Source: Gemmatimonadota bacterium (GTDB taxonomy: Bacteria > Gemmatimonadota > Gemmatimonadetes > Palauibacterales > Palauibacteraceae). Taken from it: a DNA stretch of 64,000 bases. A model generated the notes under the pieces. That model did not search any database and was not told the origin of the DNA. It saw only the letters and a program-made list of their open reading frames with translations. Shown here piece after piece: positions 1 to 9,201 of the stretch; position 1 is the first letter of the stretch; every line of letters begins with the position of its first letter. The position numbers and the translations under genes are program-made. The stretch is taken from contig JBDHAC010000004.1 in the NCBI GenBank assembly GCA_039588275.1, positions 33,010 through 97,009 of the forward strand, read 5' to 3'.

Positions 1-222
1 CTGCCGCAGATCGGCAAGGTCACGAGCGCTGGGCTCGAAGCTCAGGCAACTGCGCTGGACTATGGCCACCACTTCGGGACGGGTATACGTCCCGCCGCTC
101 AGGAGGCGGGTCAGATCGCTCTTCGAGAGCGGTGCCGGACGCCGGGCGCCGGGGTCCTGGCCCTGGGCGAGCCCCGGACACGCCGCCAGTACGGCGAAGA
201 GAATCGCGGCGCCGCGCAGCAT
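1..222 (-). CDS. Exported hypothetical protein, N-terminal part (runs off the window edge)
   Basis: Manual translation from ATG at 222: MLRGAAILFAVLAACPGLAQGQDPGARRPAPLSKSDLTRLLSGGTYT..., with a signal-peptide-like start and an open frame to position 1. Begins 14 bp after the FN3 gene stop. Not in the ORF track. Confidence 0.7.
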   Translation of the reverse strand, partial: MLRGAAILFAVLAACPGLAQGQDPGARRPAPLSKSDLTRLLSGGTYTRPEVVAIVQRSCLSFEPSARDLADLRQ

Positions 223-236
223 ACCGACCGATCGGG

Positions 237-2363
237 TCACGGCACGATCCGTAGCCGCGTGGGTGGCGCGGGTGGAGTCGTGTCGGCCACCCGCGGCGTC
301 GTGACGTTTACCGCGGCGCTTCGTGCGCTCTCGAGGCCCGCGCCGTTGACGGCCGAGACCTGGTAGCTGTACTGCGTGTTCGCGACCACCGTCGTGTCCG
401 CGAACGTCGTCGTAGTGCTCGTGGCCCTGACTGCTCCGTTTCGGTAGATGCGATAGCTAGCGACGCCCGACTCGGGGTCCGTCGCGGCGCTCCACGTCAA
501 AGTAACGCGTGTGGGCCCCTCAGGCGTGACAACGAGTCCGGCCGGCACCGTCGGCGGCGAAGTATCCGCCGAGGCGGGCGTCGTGATGCTCAGCGGGGCG
601 CTGCGCGCGCTCTCGATTCCCTCGCCGTTGATGGCGGAGATCTGGTAGCTGTAGGTCGTGCTCGCCTGTAGGCCGGCATCCATGAAACTCGTGCTTGTGC
701 TCGACCCGACGCGCGCGCCGTCGCGATAGATGTTGTAGCTGTCCACGCCGGACTCGGGGTCGCTTGAAGCGCTCCAGGTGAGGGTGACGCTCGTCGGAGA
801 CGTCGCGCTCGCCGCCAGGTCGGCAGGTACCGTAGGCGGCGTCGTGTCGGCCGGAGCCGGTGTGGTCACGCTTACCGCGGTGCTCAGACCACTCTCCAGG
901 CCCTCTCCGTTCACCGCGGAAACCTGATAACGGTACGTGTTTCCACCCCGCACGCCGCCGTCCGTGAAGGTCGTGTTCGTGCTCGACCCGACGCGCGCGC
1001 CGTCGCGGTAGATGTTGTAGCTGTCCACGCCGGACTCGGGGTCGCTTGAAGCGCTCCAGGTGAGGGTGACGCTCGTCGGAGACGTCGCGCTCGCCGCCAG
1101 TCCCGTGGGCACCGTAGGTGGCGTGGTGTCGGGCGGGGGGAGCGTGGTGACCACGACGGTCGCCGTAGGCGGACCCTCCAGTCCGTCCCCGTTTACGGCT
1201 GTCACCTGATAGCTGTATTGCGTGGAGCCGGTAAGCCCCGTGTCGCTGAACGAAGTGGTCGTGCTGGAGCCGACGATGCTGCCATCGCGGTAGATGTTGT
1301 AGCTGGCCACGCCGGACTCCGGATCGCTGGCGGCCGTCCACGTGAGAGCGACCCGATCGTGAGCAACGGCCTGCGCCGCGAGTCCGGAGGGCGCGGTTGG
1401 CGGGGTATCGTCGGCCGTCTGAACCGTCACGGAGGCGCTCAGGGCACCTTCGGTGCCGGCCCCGTTCACGGCGGAGACCTCGTAGGTGTACGTCGTGTTC
1501 CCGCTCAACCCCGTGTCCGAGAAGGTCGTGGTCGTGTTGGAGCCCACGATGGCGCCATCGCGGTAGATGTTGTAGCTGTCCACGCCGGATTCGGGGTCCG
1601 AGGCCGCCGTCCACGAGAGATCCACCTGTGTCGCCCCGGCGGCAATGGCGGCCAGCGCGGTCGGGGCCGTCGGCGGCGTGTTGTCGAACGTGGTCGCCAG
1701 GATCCGGACGCTCAGCGCTCCCTCGAGACCCTCTCCGTTCACCGCGCTGACCTGGTACGAATAGGTCTGGTTCACCTGCAGCCCCGTGTCGGAAAAGGTC
1801 GTGGTGGAGCTCGACCCGACCTGTGCTCCGTCGCGGTAGATGTTGTAGCTGGCGATGCCCGTCTCTGGGTCCGAGGCCGGCGCCCACCGGAGGTCCACGC
1901 TCGTGGCCCCGATCGAAGTGGCCGTCAGGCCAGTCGGTTGCGTGGGAGGCGTAATGTCGGGGAGTGGCGTGGTGACGGTGGTGGGCGGGGTGCTGCGCGG
2001 TCCTTCCTGATCCAGCGAATCCACCGCCGAAACGCGGTACGAGTAGGTCGTGACCGGCTGAACCGTCGTATCGATGAAGCTGGTCGTCGTGGACGTGAAG
2101 ACCGGACCGTCCCCCCGGTAGATGACATAGTGCTTCACGGGTGGCTGGCTGACCACCGCATCCCACGTGATCCGGACGCGACGGCTGCTGAGCGCCGTGG
2201 CTGCCACGTTGCGCGGTTTGCTGGGCGCAACGGTGGTGCGGTCCGCGTCGGGAGAGGCCCCGGAGCGCGGTGCCGGCGCCGCCCCTGCAAGCACAACGGT
2301 CAGGAGCACGAGCCCGAGCGCCATCCGGGATTCCGGTCTCCACGCCCCGCCGAGCCCGCTCAT
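237..2363 (-). CDS. Secreted fibronectin type III repeat protein (7 FN3 domains, about 708 aa)
   Basis: Seven ~94-aa repeats of the form DTTPPTxPxxL...VxLxWxAxSDPESGVxSYNIYRDG...YxYxVSAVNGxGxE. Hydrophobic signal segment LGLVLLTVVLAGA. ATG at 2363 overlaps the upstream stop (ATGA). Confidence 0.9.
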   Translation of the reverse strand: MSGLGGAWRPESRMALGLVLLTVVLAGAAPAPRSGASPDADRTTVAPSKPRNVAATALSSRRVRITWDAVVSQPPVKHYVIYRGDGPVFTSTTTSFIDTTVQPVTTYSYRVSAVDSLDQEGPRSTPPTTVTTPLPDITPPTQPTGLTATSIGATSVDLRWAPASDPETGIASYNIYRDGAQVGSSSTTTFSDTGLQVNQTYSYQVSAVNGEGLEGALSVRILATTFDNTPPTAPTALAAIAAGATQVDLSWTAASDPESGVDSYNIYRDGAIVGSNTTTTFSDTGLSGNTTYTYEVSAVNGAGTEGALSASVTVQTADDTPPTAPSGLAAQAVAHDRVALTWTAASDPESGVASYNIYRDGSIVGSSTTTSFSDTGLTGSTQYSYQVTAVNGDGLEGPPTATVVVTTLPPPDTTPPTVPTGLAASATSPTSVTLTWSASSDPESGVDSYNIYRDGARVGSSTNTTFTDGGVRGGNTYRYQVSAVNGEGLESGLSTAVSVTTPAPADTTPPTVPADLAASATSPTSVTLTWSASSDPESGVDSYNIYRDGARVGSSTSTSFMDAGLQASTTYSYQISAINGEGIESARSAPLSITTPASADTSPPTVPAGLVVTPEGPTRVTLTWSAATDPESGVASYRIYRNGAVRATSTTTTFADTTVVANTQYSYQVSAVNGAGLESARSAAVNVTTPRVADTTPPAPPTRLRIVP

Positions 2364-2746
2364 TCTCCTCTGAGCTCCGCGCTGACCTCGCCGGACAGGG
2401 CGCTCTCGTTGCCGTCCAGGTCGAGCGCCGTCACCGCGAAGTAGTAAATGCCGCCGGACAGGTGGGTCAGCGTGTGGGTCGTCTCGGAGCCTACCTCCAC
2501 CATGGTGCTGGCGTCTTTCGTGAGCGGCGTCGTTTGGCTGTAATAGAGCCTGTACGAGGCCAAGTCGGTGAGCGGCGCCCCGGTGGCATCCGTGGCAGGG
2601 GGATCCCAGGCAAGGGTGATCGAAAATGTCTGGATCTGGGAAGGTGGTCCGGTGAAATCCGCCGGTGCGCCGGGCTGGCAGGCCATCCCGAGTGAAACCA
2701 GGACTGCGAGGACCGACCTGCGTCCCCGGGAAGGGAATCCGTCCAT
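2360..2746 (-). CDS. Single-FN3-domain lipoprotein
   Basis: MDGFPSRGRRSVLAVLVSLGMAC signal ending in a lipobox-like Cys. ITLAWDPP...LASYRLYY...YYFAVTALDLDGNES is an FN3 pattern. Confidence 0.8.
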   Translation of the reverse strand: MDGFPSRGRRSVLAVLVSLGMACQPGAPADFTGPPSQIQTFSITLAWDPPATDATGAPLTDLASYRLYYSQTTPLTKDASTMVEVGSETTHTLTHLSGGIYYFAVTALDLDGNESALSGEVSAELRGE

Positions 2747-3131
2747 CTCGCTCTCGCTCCACCCTTTCGAGGAACTCGCCCGCGCGGGGCAATCGCGCCG
2801 CCGGAGCCCCTGCTCCGTGGCCCGCCGCGCCGGCATCTCCAGTCCCTGCGCCCGCGACAGGTGGGCGCAATCGTGAAGATGCCATGGCCGAGTCCGCCGC
2901 TCCGCACCGCGTTCGCCGACGCACGTTAGTGCGACAGGCTACTTCCCCCGGAGCAATCCGGACGTACCGAACGCATACGCGAATGACGCAGGAAATGCAA
3001 ACCCGCTCGGGCTGTGGGGGCTTCCTTGCTCGCTGGAAGGAGGCCATCCAACTTCCGTCGACGGGAGGGCATGCGACCGGGGGCGCGGGGGCATGCGACC
3101 GGGTGATACGGCCGACACAGGAAGAGACGAC

Positions 3132-3530
3132 GTGAACCAGGACTCCGACCCCACCGAGTCGATCCGCAGAATCTCGCGAGAACGTGCCGAACGAATCGGA
3201 CGCAAGGCTTTCGACGAGATGGTGGATGCCTTCTACGCAGACGATGCGCAGTTGCTCCCATCGGGGGCTTCGGCCCTGCGTGGTCGAGAGAAGATTCGGC
3301 GGTTCTGGCACCTGACGCCTGACGAGGGACTCGTGTCTCTCACACTCGGGAGCCGGGAGATCGAGGCGTCCGGGGATCTGGCGTTCGAGATCGGTCGCTT
3401 CTCGAGGACCGTGCGCCCGCGTCACGGCGCGCCATTCCAGGAACATGGGAAGTACATCGTCGTCTATCGTCATGGTGCAGACGGCTATCGGGCCATTGCC
3501 GAGATGTACAACAGCGACGCGAGACGCTGA
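3132..3530 (+). CDS. NTF2-like / DUF4440 (YybH-like) protein
   Basis: FYADDAQLLP...GREKIRRFW...GDLAFEIG...GKYIVVYR pattern. GTG start with purine-rich RBS. Confidence 0.8.
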   Translation: MNQDSDPTESIRRISRERAERIGRKAFDEMVDAFYADDAQLLPSGASALRGREKIRRFWHLTPDEGLVSLTLGSREIEASGDLAFEIGRFSRTVRPRHGAPFQEHGKYIVVYRHGADGYRAIAEMYNSDARR

Positions 3531-3569
3531 TCGGCCGAAACAGTTGGAGAGCGGAGAACTGGAGACGGC

Positions 3570-3950
3570 ATGAGCACTGACGCGACTCTGTACAGCCTGG
3601 CGGAGGTCCCCGTGGAGCCGGTGACGGACACGATTCGTCGCCAGTTGATCACGGGGGAGCGTGCGATGTTGGCGTACGTGCGCCTGGATCGGGGGTGCAT
3701 CGTCCCACGGCACTCGCACGAGAACGAGCAGTTCACCTGCATCCTCGATGGCGCGCTTCGCTTCTGGCTCGGGGACGACGGAGAAGACGAGCGCGTGGTC
3801 CGGGCGGGAGAGATTCTCCACATCCCGTCCAACGTGCCCCACAAGGCCGAGGCCCTCGAGGACACGTTGGACCTGGACGTGTTCTGTCCGCCCCGCCAGG
3901 ACTGGCTGGATGGAACGGACACCTACTTTCACGACGACCCCGAAGCGTGA
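3570..3950 (+). CDS. Cupin domain protein
   Basis: HSHENEQ...GEILHIPSNVPH cupin metal motifs; DLDVFCPPRQDW tail. Confidence 0.9.
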   Translation: MSTDATLYSLAEVPVEPVTDTIRRQLITGERAMLAYVRLDRGCIVPRHSHENEQFTCILDGALRFWLGDDGEDERVVRAGEILHIPSNVPHKAEALEDTLDLDVFCPPRQDWLDGTDTYFHDDPEA

Positions 3951-3957
3951 GGTCGAC

Positions 3958-4749
3958 ATGGACCTAGGTCTGCGAGGGAAGGTGGCCTTGGTAGCGGCCT
4001 CGAGTCGCGGATTGGGGCGAGCCGTGGCCGAAGAGCTGGGGGCGGAGGGAGCCCATCTGGTGCTTTGCGCTCGGGGAGAACGAGAGCTCGAGGACGCCGC
4101 TCGCGCCATCACGGAGCAGTGCGAGGTCCGCGCTCATCCCGTGCCCACCGACCTGGCGGACCCCGAGGCGATCGAAGGCTTGGTGCGCGCGGCGCTGAGC
4201 GAGTTCGGCCGCGTGGACATCCTCGTGAACAACGCGGGCGGGCCGCCGGCGGGGCCGTTCGAGAGCCACACGCGCGAGGACTGGCGACAGGCCATCCGAT
4301 TGAACCTGGAAAGCGCGCTCGAGCTCACTCGCCAGCTCCTTCCGGGGATGAAGGAACGCGGGTGGGGGCGCATCATCAACATCACGTCCCTGGCCGTAAA
4401 GGAGCCGGTCGACCAGCTCATCCTTTCCAATAGCGTGCGCGCCGCCGTAACGGGGTTCGCTCGGACGCTGGCGAACGAGGTCGCGGCACACGGGATCACC
4501 GTGAACAACGCCCTGCCGGGCTATACGCGAACGAAGCGATTGGAGCAGTTGGCGGAGACGGTCGCGCGGGACAGGAAAATCGACGTGCGGCACGTAGAGG
4601 CCGAGTGGGAGAGCACCATCCCCATGGCGCGCCTCGGCGAGCCCCGCGAGTTCGCGGCCTTGGTGGCGTTTCTCGCCTCCGAGCGCGCGAGCTACATCAC
4701 GGGCACTTCGGTCACCGTCGACGGCGGGCGGGTACGCTCGCTCTTCTAG
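3958..4749 (+). CDS. SDR family oxidoreductase (3-oxoacyl-ACP reductase-like)
   Basis: MDLGLRGKVALVAASSRGLG, VNNAGGP, SNSVR in place of YxxxK, and ASYITG...VDGG. Confidence 0.9.
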   Translation: MDLGLRGKVALVAASSRGLGRAVAEELGAEGAHLVLCARGERELEDAARAITEQCEVRAHPVPTDLADPEAIEGLVRAALSEFGRVDILVNNAGGPPAGPFESHTREDWRQAIRLNLESALELTRQLLPGMKERGWGRIINITSLAVKEPVDQLILSNSVRAAVTGFARTLANEVAAHGITVNNALPGYTRTKRLEQLAETVARDRKIDVRHVEAEWESTIPMARLGEPREFAALVAFLASERASYITGTSVTVDGGRVRSLF

Positions 4750-4866
4750 CGGGTAGCCGGGGGCGTCCGATCTCCCCGCCACCCGCCATTTCGACCTGCT
4801 CGTCCGCTCGGGTGTCGCGTCGTCGGTTGGAGAGTCGGCGTCGTCAGTTCAGGCGTCTCCGGACCG

Positions 4867-5298
4867 TCAACGCAGCGTGAAAGTGAAATCCGCCGCGAAG
4901 GGTGCTCCCGCGCACTCGTCGTCGATCTCGACGCTTCCAGACACGGAGCTCCCGCCCTCGGCGACGACGCCGCCGCCGGAGGCCACGCCGCTGCACCCGT
5001 TCTCCACGATCGAATACGGGACGGTCAAGGTGAGCTCGGCGCCCACGATCAGGCCTTCCAGATCGCCGTCGATCGTGACCGGGTCGCGGATCGCCATGAC
5101 GCCGGTGACCGCGCCGCCGACCGCGGTCTCGAGCTGCATGGTCCCCGTGTACACTTGGCCATCGTCGGCCACGAACTCGATGGCGTACTCGCCGTTGACG
5201 TTGAAGGCGTAGCCGGGCTCGCCGGGCTCGGGGTTTCCGGCGCACGCGGCCAAACCGGCCGACAGCACCGCGGTGCCGAGTAGCGTTGTCATCCTCAT
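4867..5298 (-). CDS. Hypothetical lipoprotein, beta-rich
   Basis: AGGAG RBS, lipobox LAAC, alternating beta-strand pattern, two further Cys (possible disulfide). Confidence 0.75.
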   Translation of the reverse strand: MRMTTLLGTAVLSAGLAACAGNPEPGEPGYAFNVNGEYAIEFVADDGQVYTGTMQLETAVGGAVTGVMAIRDPVTIDGDLEGLIVGAELTLTVPYSIVENGCSGVASGGGVVAEGGSSVSGSVEIDDECAGAPFAADFTFTLR

Positions 5299-5533
5299 GC
5301 CAGGTCTCCTGTGGAAGGGAAGGGGCGTCGGCCTCCGACGAGCGTGGGGGCGCGACGTACCGCTCTCGCGGCTCCGTACGGCTCGCGCGCGCGGCCGGTT
5401 TCGCACGCTCCGTCAGCGCTGCCGTCCCGCGCGCGAGCGTAGTAGATTCACGCGCGCCGCGCTACGGCCGCGGCGTAGCCAAGAGCATGTGAGGCGAGAA
5501 GGCACGTTCACGATATACCGGAGATCGAATCCC

Positions 5534-6049
5534 ATGGTCGACAAAGAGGTCCAGGACGCGATAAACGAGCAGATCAGACACGAGTTTTACGCTGCGTATC
5601 AATACCTCGCCATGATGACTTACTTCGAGGGCAAGAGTCTGGATGGCTTCGCGACCTGGATGCGACATCAGGCCGAGGAGGAGGTAGCACATGCCATGCG
5701 GCTGGTGGACTTCCTGCTGGACAGGGGCGGAGAGGTCGAGCTGCACGCGATCGAAAAGCCCCACTCGGGTTTCGCGTCGCCGCTCGAGGTGATGCGCGCG
5801 GCTCTCGCACACGAGCAGAAGGTCACGGCCATGATCAACGACCTGTACGAGTTGGCGGTCGCACACAACGACTACCCGGCTCAGGTCCTCCTCCAGTGGT
5901 TCATCTCCGAGCAAGTAGAAGAGGAAAAGAGCGCCGGGGACATCGTGGACAAGCTCGAGTTCGCCGGTGACTCACCGAGCGCCATCCTCGTCCTGGACGA
6001 ACGTCTTGGCCAGCGCACGGGCGACGAAGACGAAGAGGAAAAAGCGTAA
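5534..6049 (+). CDS. ftnA: Non-heme ferritin
   Basis: INEQIRHEFYAAYQYL, EEEVAHAMRL, HEQKVT and LQWFISEQVEEE ferroxidase motifs. Confidence 0.93.
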   Translation: MVDKEVQDAINEQIRHEFYAAYQYLAMMTYFEGKSLDGFATWMRHQAEEEVAHAMRLVDFLLDRGGEVELHAIEKPHSGFASPLEVMRAALAHEQKVTAMINDLYELAVAHNDYPAQVLLQWFISEQVEEEKSAGDIVDKLEFAGDSPSAILVLDERLGQRTGDEDEEEKA

Positions 6050-6088
6050 CGGCGCGGACAGTATCCGGGAGGCTCGAAGGCGGGCGAC

Positions 6089-7540
6089 GTGGGTCAGGTA
6101 CCGCTCCTCACGATCGGACACATCTCGCTCGCTTTCGTGCTTTCCGTGCACATCCTGCTTCACAAGCATCGCCCCGTCTCTGCAGTCCTGTGGCTCGCCG
6201 CGGTCTGGGCCGTACCCATCGCCGGCGCCCTCGGGTATGGTGCCTTCGGAGTGGATCGTGTTCGCCGGCACGCTTCCGAGCGCGCGATCGTGCAGCGGGC
6301 CCTGTATCACGGACCTTCCAGTTTGCTGGCAGTCGAATGGTCGGGCTCGACGGAGGAGGACCCGCTCAACGCGCACCCGGCCGAGCACATTCTTCGCACC
6401 ACGGACCCCGCCGTGCGCGCGCATCGCGTACTCCCCGGCAACCGCGCCGAATTGCTGGTGGATGGGGACGAGTTCTACCCGGTGCTGTTCGACGCGCTCG
6501 AAGGCGCCGAGTCCTCGATCAACCTGCAGACGTACATCTTCGCCATCGATCGAACGGGCAAGCGCCTGCGCGATCTGCTGATGCGCAAAGCCGCCGAGGG
6601 TGTGCAGGTACGCGTGCTGTACGATCGGTTCGGGTCGACGTTCGCACACGTGACGGGCTTCTTCAGATCGGCGAAGAAGAACGGGGTTCGGGTCGGCTCC
6701 ATCAGCCAGGCCCACCCACTCAAGGGCCGGTTCCAGATCAACCTGCGGAATCACCGGAAGGTGGTGGTGATCGACGGCCGGTCCGGCTTCCTGGGCGGTA
6801 TGAACTTCGATGACCGCAATCTGAGCGTGCCCGGGCGCATCGGGCCCGACCGCGACTATCAGGTCCGTCTGGCCGGACCGGCGGTCATGGAACTGCAGGA
6901 CGCATTCGTGGCCGATTGGTACTTCGCCACCCGGGAAGATCCCGAGACGTTTCGGTCCGAAGCGTTCTTTCCGACGCTCCTTCCCGTAGGTAACGGGCTC
7001 GTACAGATGGTGCCCGGAGCTCCCGAGCGGGGCGGACGCGGACTGGCGCACGCGTACTTCGCGGCGCTGGTCTCGGCGCGTGAGTCGGTCGATATCGTGA
7101 CCGCGTACTTCGTGCCGGACGAGACGATACTGGAGGCACTCCGATACGCGGCGTTCCGCGGGGTGCGCGTCCGACTCGTGCTGCCCGCGAAGAGCAACCA
7201 CTGGTACACGAGCTACGCCGCTCGCTCGCTGTACGGGCCTCTTCTGCAAGCAGGCGTGCGCATCTTCGAGCGCGAGCCGCCGTTCATGCATGCCAAGGCA
7301 CTCGTGGTGGATGGCGTATACGCGATGATGGGCTCGGCGAATCTCGACTACCGGAGCCTGCAGCTGAACTACGAGCTGAACGTAGAGATCGCGGATCCAC
7401 CCTTTCTGGAGAGGTTGACCGAGCAGGTGGAATCGGAGATCGCCGTCAGCTGCGAGATCACGCTCGCGCACCACGCCGCGCGGCCGGTCGTCCGGCGGCT
7501 GACCGAGAACCTCTGTTTCCTCTTCCAGCCCATGCTGTGA
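6089..7540 (+). CDS. cls: Cardiolipin synthase (PLD family)
   Basis: Two HKD motifs (NHRKVVVIDG, MHAKALVVDG), GSANLD, and N-terminal TM hairpin. Start codon uncertain. Confidence 0.9.
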   Translation: MGQVPLLTIGHISLAFVLSVHILLHKHRPVSAVLWLAAVWAVPIAGALGYGAFGVDRVRRHASERAIVQRALYHGPSSLLAVEWSGSTEEDPLNAHPAEHILRTTDPAVRAHRVLPGNRAELLVDGDEFYPVLFDALEGAESSINLQTYIFAIDRTGKRLRDLLMRKAAEGVQVRVLYDRFGSTFAHVTGFFRSAKKNGVRVGSISQAHPLKGRFQINLRNHRKVVVIDGRSGFLGGMNFDDRNLSVPGRIGPDRDYQVRLAGPAVMELQDAFVADWYFATREDPETFRSEAFFPTLLPVGNGLVQMVPGAPERGGRGLAHAYFAALVSARESVDIVTAYFVPDETILEALRYAAFRGVRVRLVLPAKSNHWYTSYAARSLYGPLLQAGVRIFEREPPFMHAKALVVDGVYAMMGSANLDYRSLQLNYELNVEIADPPFLERLTEQVESEIAVSCEITLAHHAARPVVRRLTENLCFLFQPML

Positions 7541-8394
7541 TGGCAACCGCCGAGGAATGGCTCCGAGCGGAGGACGAAACCCGGCTCTTTCACCGCTGGT
7601 GGGTACCGTCCGGCGAGCCGCGAGCGGCCCTCGCCGTCATCCACGGCGTCGGCGAGCACGGCGATCGTTACGCGCCGTTCGCCGAGCTGCTGACGGCTCG
7701 ACGAGCAGCCGTCCACGTCATGGATCTCCGCGGTCACGGCCGCTCGGACGGGGTGCGGGTCCACGTGGATCGGTGGGGTTCGTACCTGACGGATCTGGCC
7801 GCATTCCTTGGCGCGGTCGGGAGGGTGCGAGGCGCGTGCCCCGTCTTCCTGTTCGGTCATAGCCTCGGAGCGCTGATCGCGCTCGACTACGCGCTCGGCC
7901 CCGGATCGGGCTCGACCGACGGATCAAGGCCGGTCGGACTGATCTCGAGCTCGACGGCGATCGATCCGAAAGGCGTTGCGACCCCACTCCTGGTGACGAT
8001 CGCCAGGCTGCTCTCTCGAGTGGCGCCGCGGGTTTCGCTCGACCTTGGGATCGACCCCGCGGCCCTGTCTCGCGACCCGGCGGTGGCGCATGCCTACGAG
8101 GAGGATCCCCTGGTGCACCGGAGGGCCACCGTACGGTGGGGTACCGAGGTCCTCGCGGCGACGGCGTCGATTCGGCGCAGGGCAGCCCGGCTGCGGATGC
8201 CGCTTCTCGCGTGCCACGGTACGGCCGATCGCCTCACATCGCCGGACGGCAGCCGCTGGCTCGCGGAGACCGTGTCCAGCGCCGACGTGGAGCTGAAGCT
8301 GTTCCCGGGTGCGTACCATGAGCCGCACAACGACCTGTGCGCCGGAGAGGTCGCGGCGCACTTCGTCGCGTGGATGGAGACGCGGGTCGCATGA
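7537..8394 (+). CDS. Alpha/beta hydrolase, lysophospholipase / monoacylglycerol lipase-like
   Basis: IHGVGEH, DLRGHGRS, nucleophile GHSLG, HGTADRL and YHEPHND. Overlaps the cls stop. Confidence 0.9.
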   Translation: MMATAEEWLRAEDETRLFHRWWVPSGEPRAALAVIHGVGEHGDRYAPFAELLTARRAAVHVMDLRGHGRSDGVRVHVDRWGSYLTDLAAFLGAVGRVRGACPVFLFGHSLGALIALDYALGPGSGSTDGSRPVGLISSSTAIDPKGVATPLLVTIARLLSRVAPRVSLDLGIDPAALSRDPAVAHAYEEDPLVHRRATVRWGTEVLAATASIRRRAARLRMPLLACHGTADRLTSPDGSRWLAETVSSADVELKLFPGAYHEPHNDLCAGEVAAHFVAWMETRVA

Positions 8395-8465
8395 GTCGAG
8401 GATCCCGCATGCCGTGGCGTGGCCGGAGTCGTAGCCACACTCATTCAGAAGGAACTCGCTGAACG

Positions 8466-9140
8466 ATGACCACAGGACGGCTTCCCTTCATACCGCTCAC
8501 CGGGTATCCGCCGATCCCGCCGGACGAGATGGTGACACGGGCGCGCGCATTCCGAGATGAGATGCAGCGTCGGCGAACCGTGCGTCACTTTTCAGATCGG
8601 GAGGTGCCCCGCGACGTTATTGATGCGGCTCTCGAGGCCGCCGGGACAGCGCCCAACGGCGCCAACATGCAGCCGTGGCACTTCGTCGTGATCGGCGACC
8701 CGGCCGTGAAAGGCCGCATTCGCGTGGCGGCGGAGCAAGAAGAGCACGAGTTCTACACGCGCAGAGCCCCGAAGGAGTGGCTCGAGGCGCTGGCGCCGCT
8801 GGGTACGGATGAGCACAAGCCGTTTCTCGAAACGGCACCCTACCTGATCGCGATCTTCGCCGAGAGCTATTCTCTGCGTCCGGATGGGGTGAGGGTGAAG
8901 AACTACTACGTGACCGAATCGGTCGGGATCGCGACCGGGATTCTGATCACCGCGTTGCACCGCGCCGGGCTCGCGACGCTCACCCACACACCGAGCCCGA
9001 TGCGGTTCCTGAACGAGATCCTCGGGAGACCGGAGAACGAGCGCCCGTTCCTGCTCCTGGTCGTCGGTCATCCCGCGGAGGATGCGACGGTACCCGACCT
9101 GCGCAAGAAGCCCCTGGAAGAGATCGCCAGCTTCGTGTAG
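8466..9140 (+). CDS. Nitroreductase-family flavoprotein, iodotyrosine deiodinase-like
   Basis: [30 protein letters not shown]...[19 protein letters not shown] lid region, LTHTPSPM. Confidence 0.85.
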   Translation: MTTGRLPFIPLTGYPPIPPDEMVTRARAFRDEMQRRRTVRHFSDREVPRDVIDAALEAAGTAPNGANMQPWHFVVIGDPAVKGRIRVAAEQEEHEFYTRRAPKEWLEALAPLGTDEHKPFLETAPYLIAIFAESYSLRPDGVRVKNYYVTESVGIATGILITALHRAGLATLTHTPSPMRFLNEILGRPENERPFLLLVVGHPAEDATVPDLRKKPLEEIASFV

Positions 9141-9201
9141 GCCCGGTCGCGCGCGCACTCGGGCAGTGCGCCGCCGGTAGGAGTGCTCGGGTAGCGACCT
9201 G

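Noticed and set aside
2364..4112. N-terminal ~580 aa of the 1291-aa ORF 237..4112
   Set aside because: It is antisense to the NTF2, cupin and SDR genes and overlaps the FN3 lipoprotein in another frame. The real start is the ATG at 2363 with a signal peptide.
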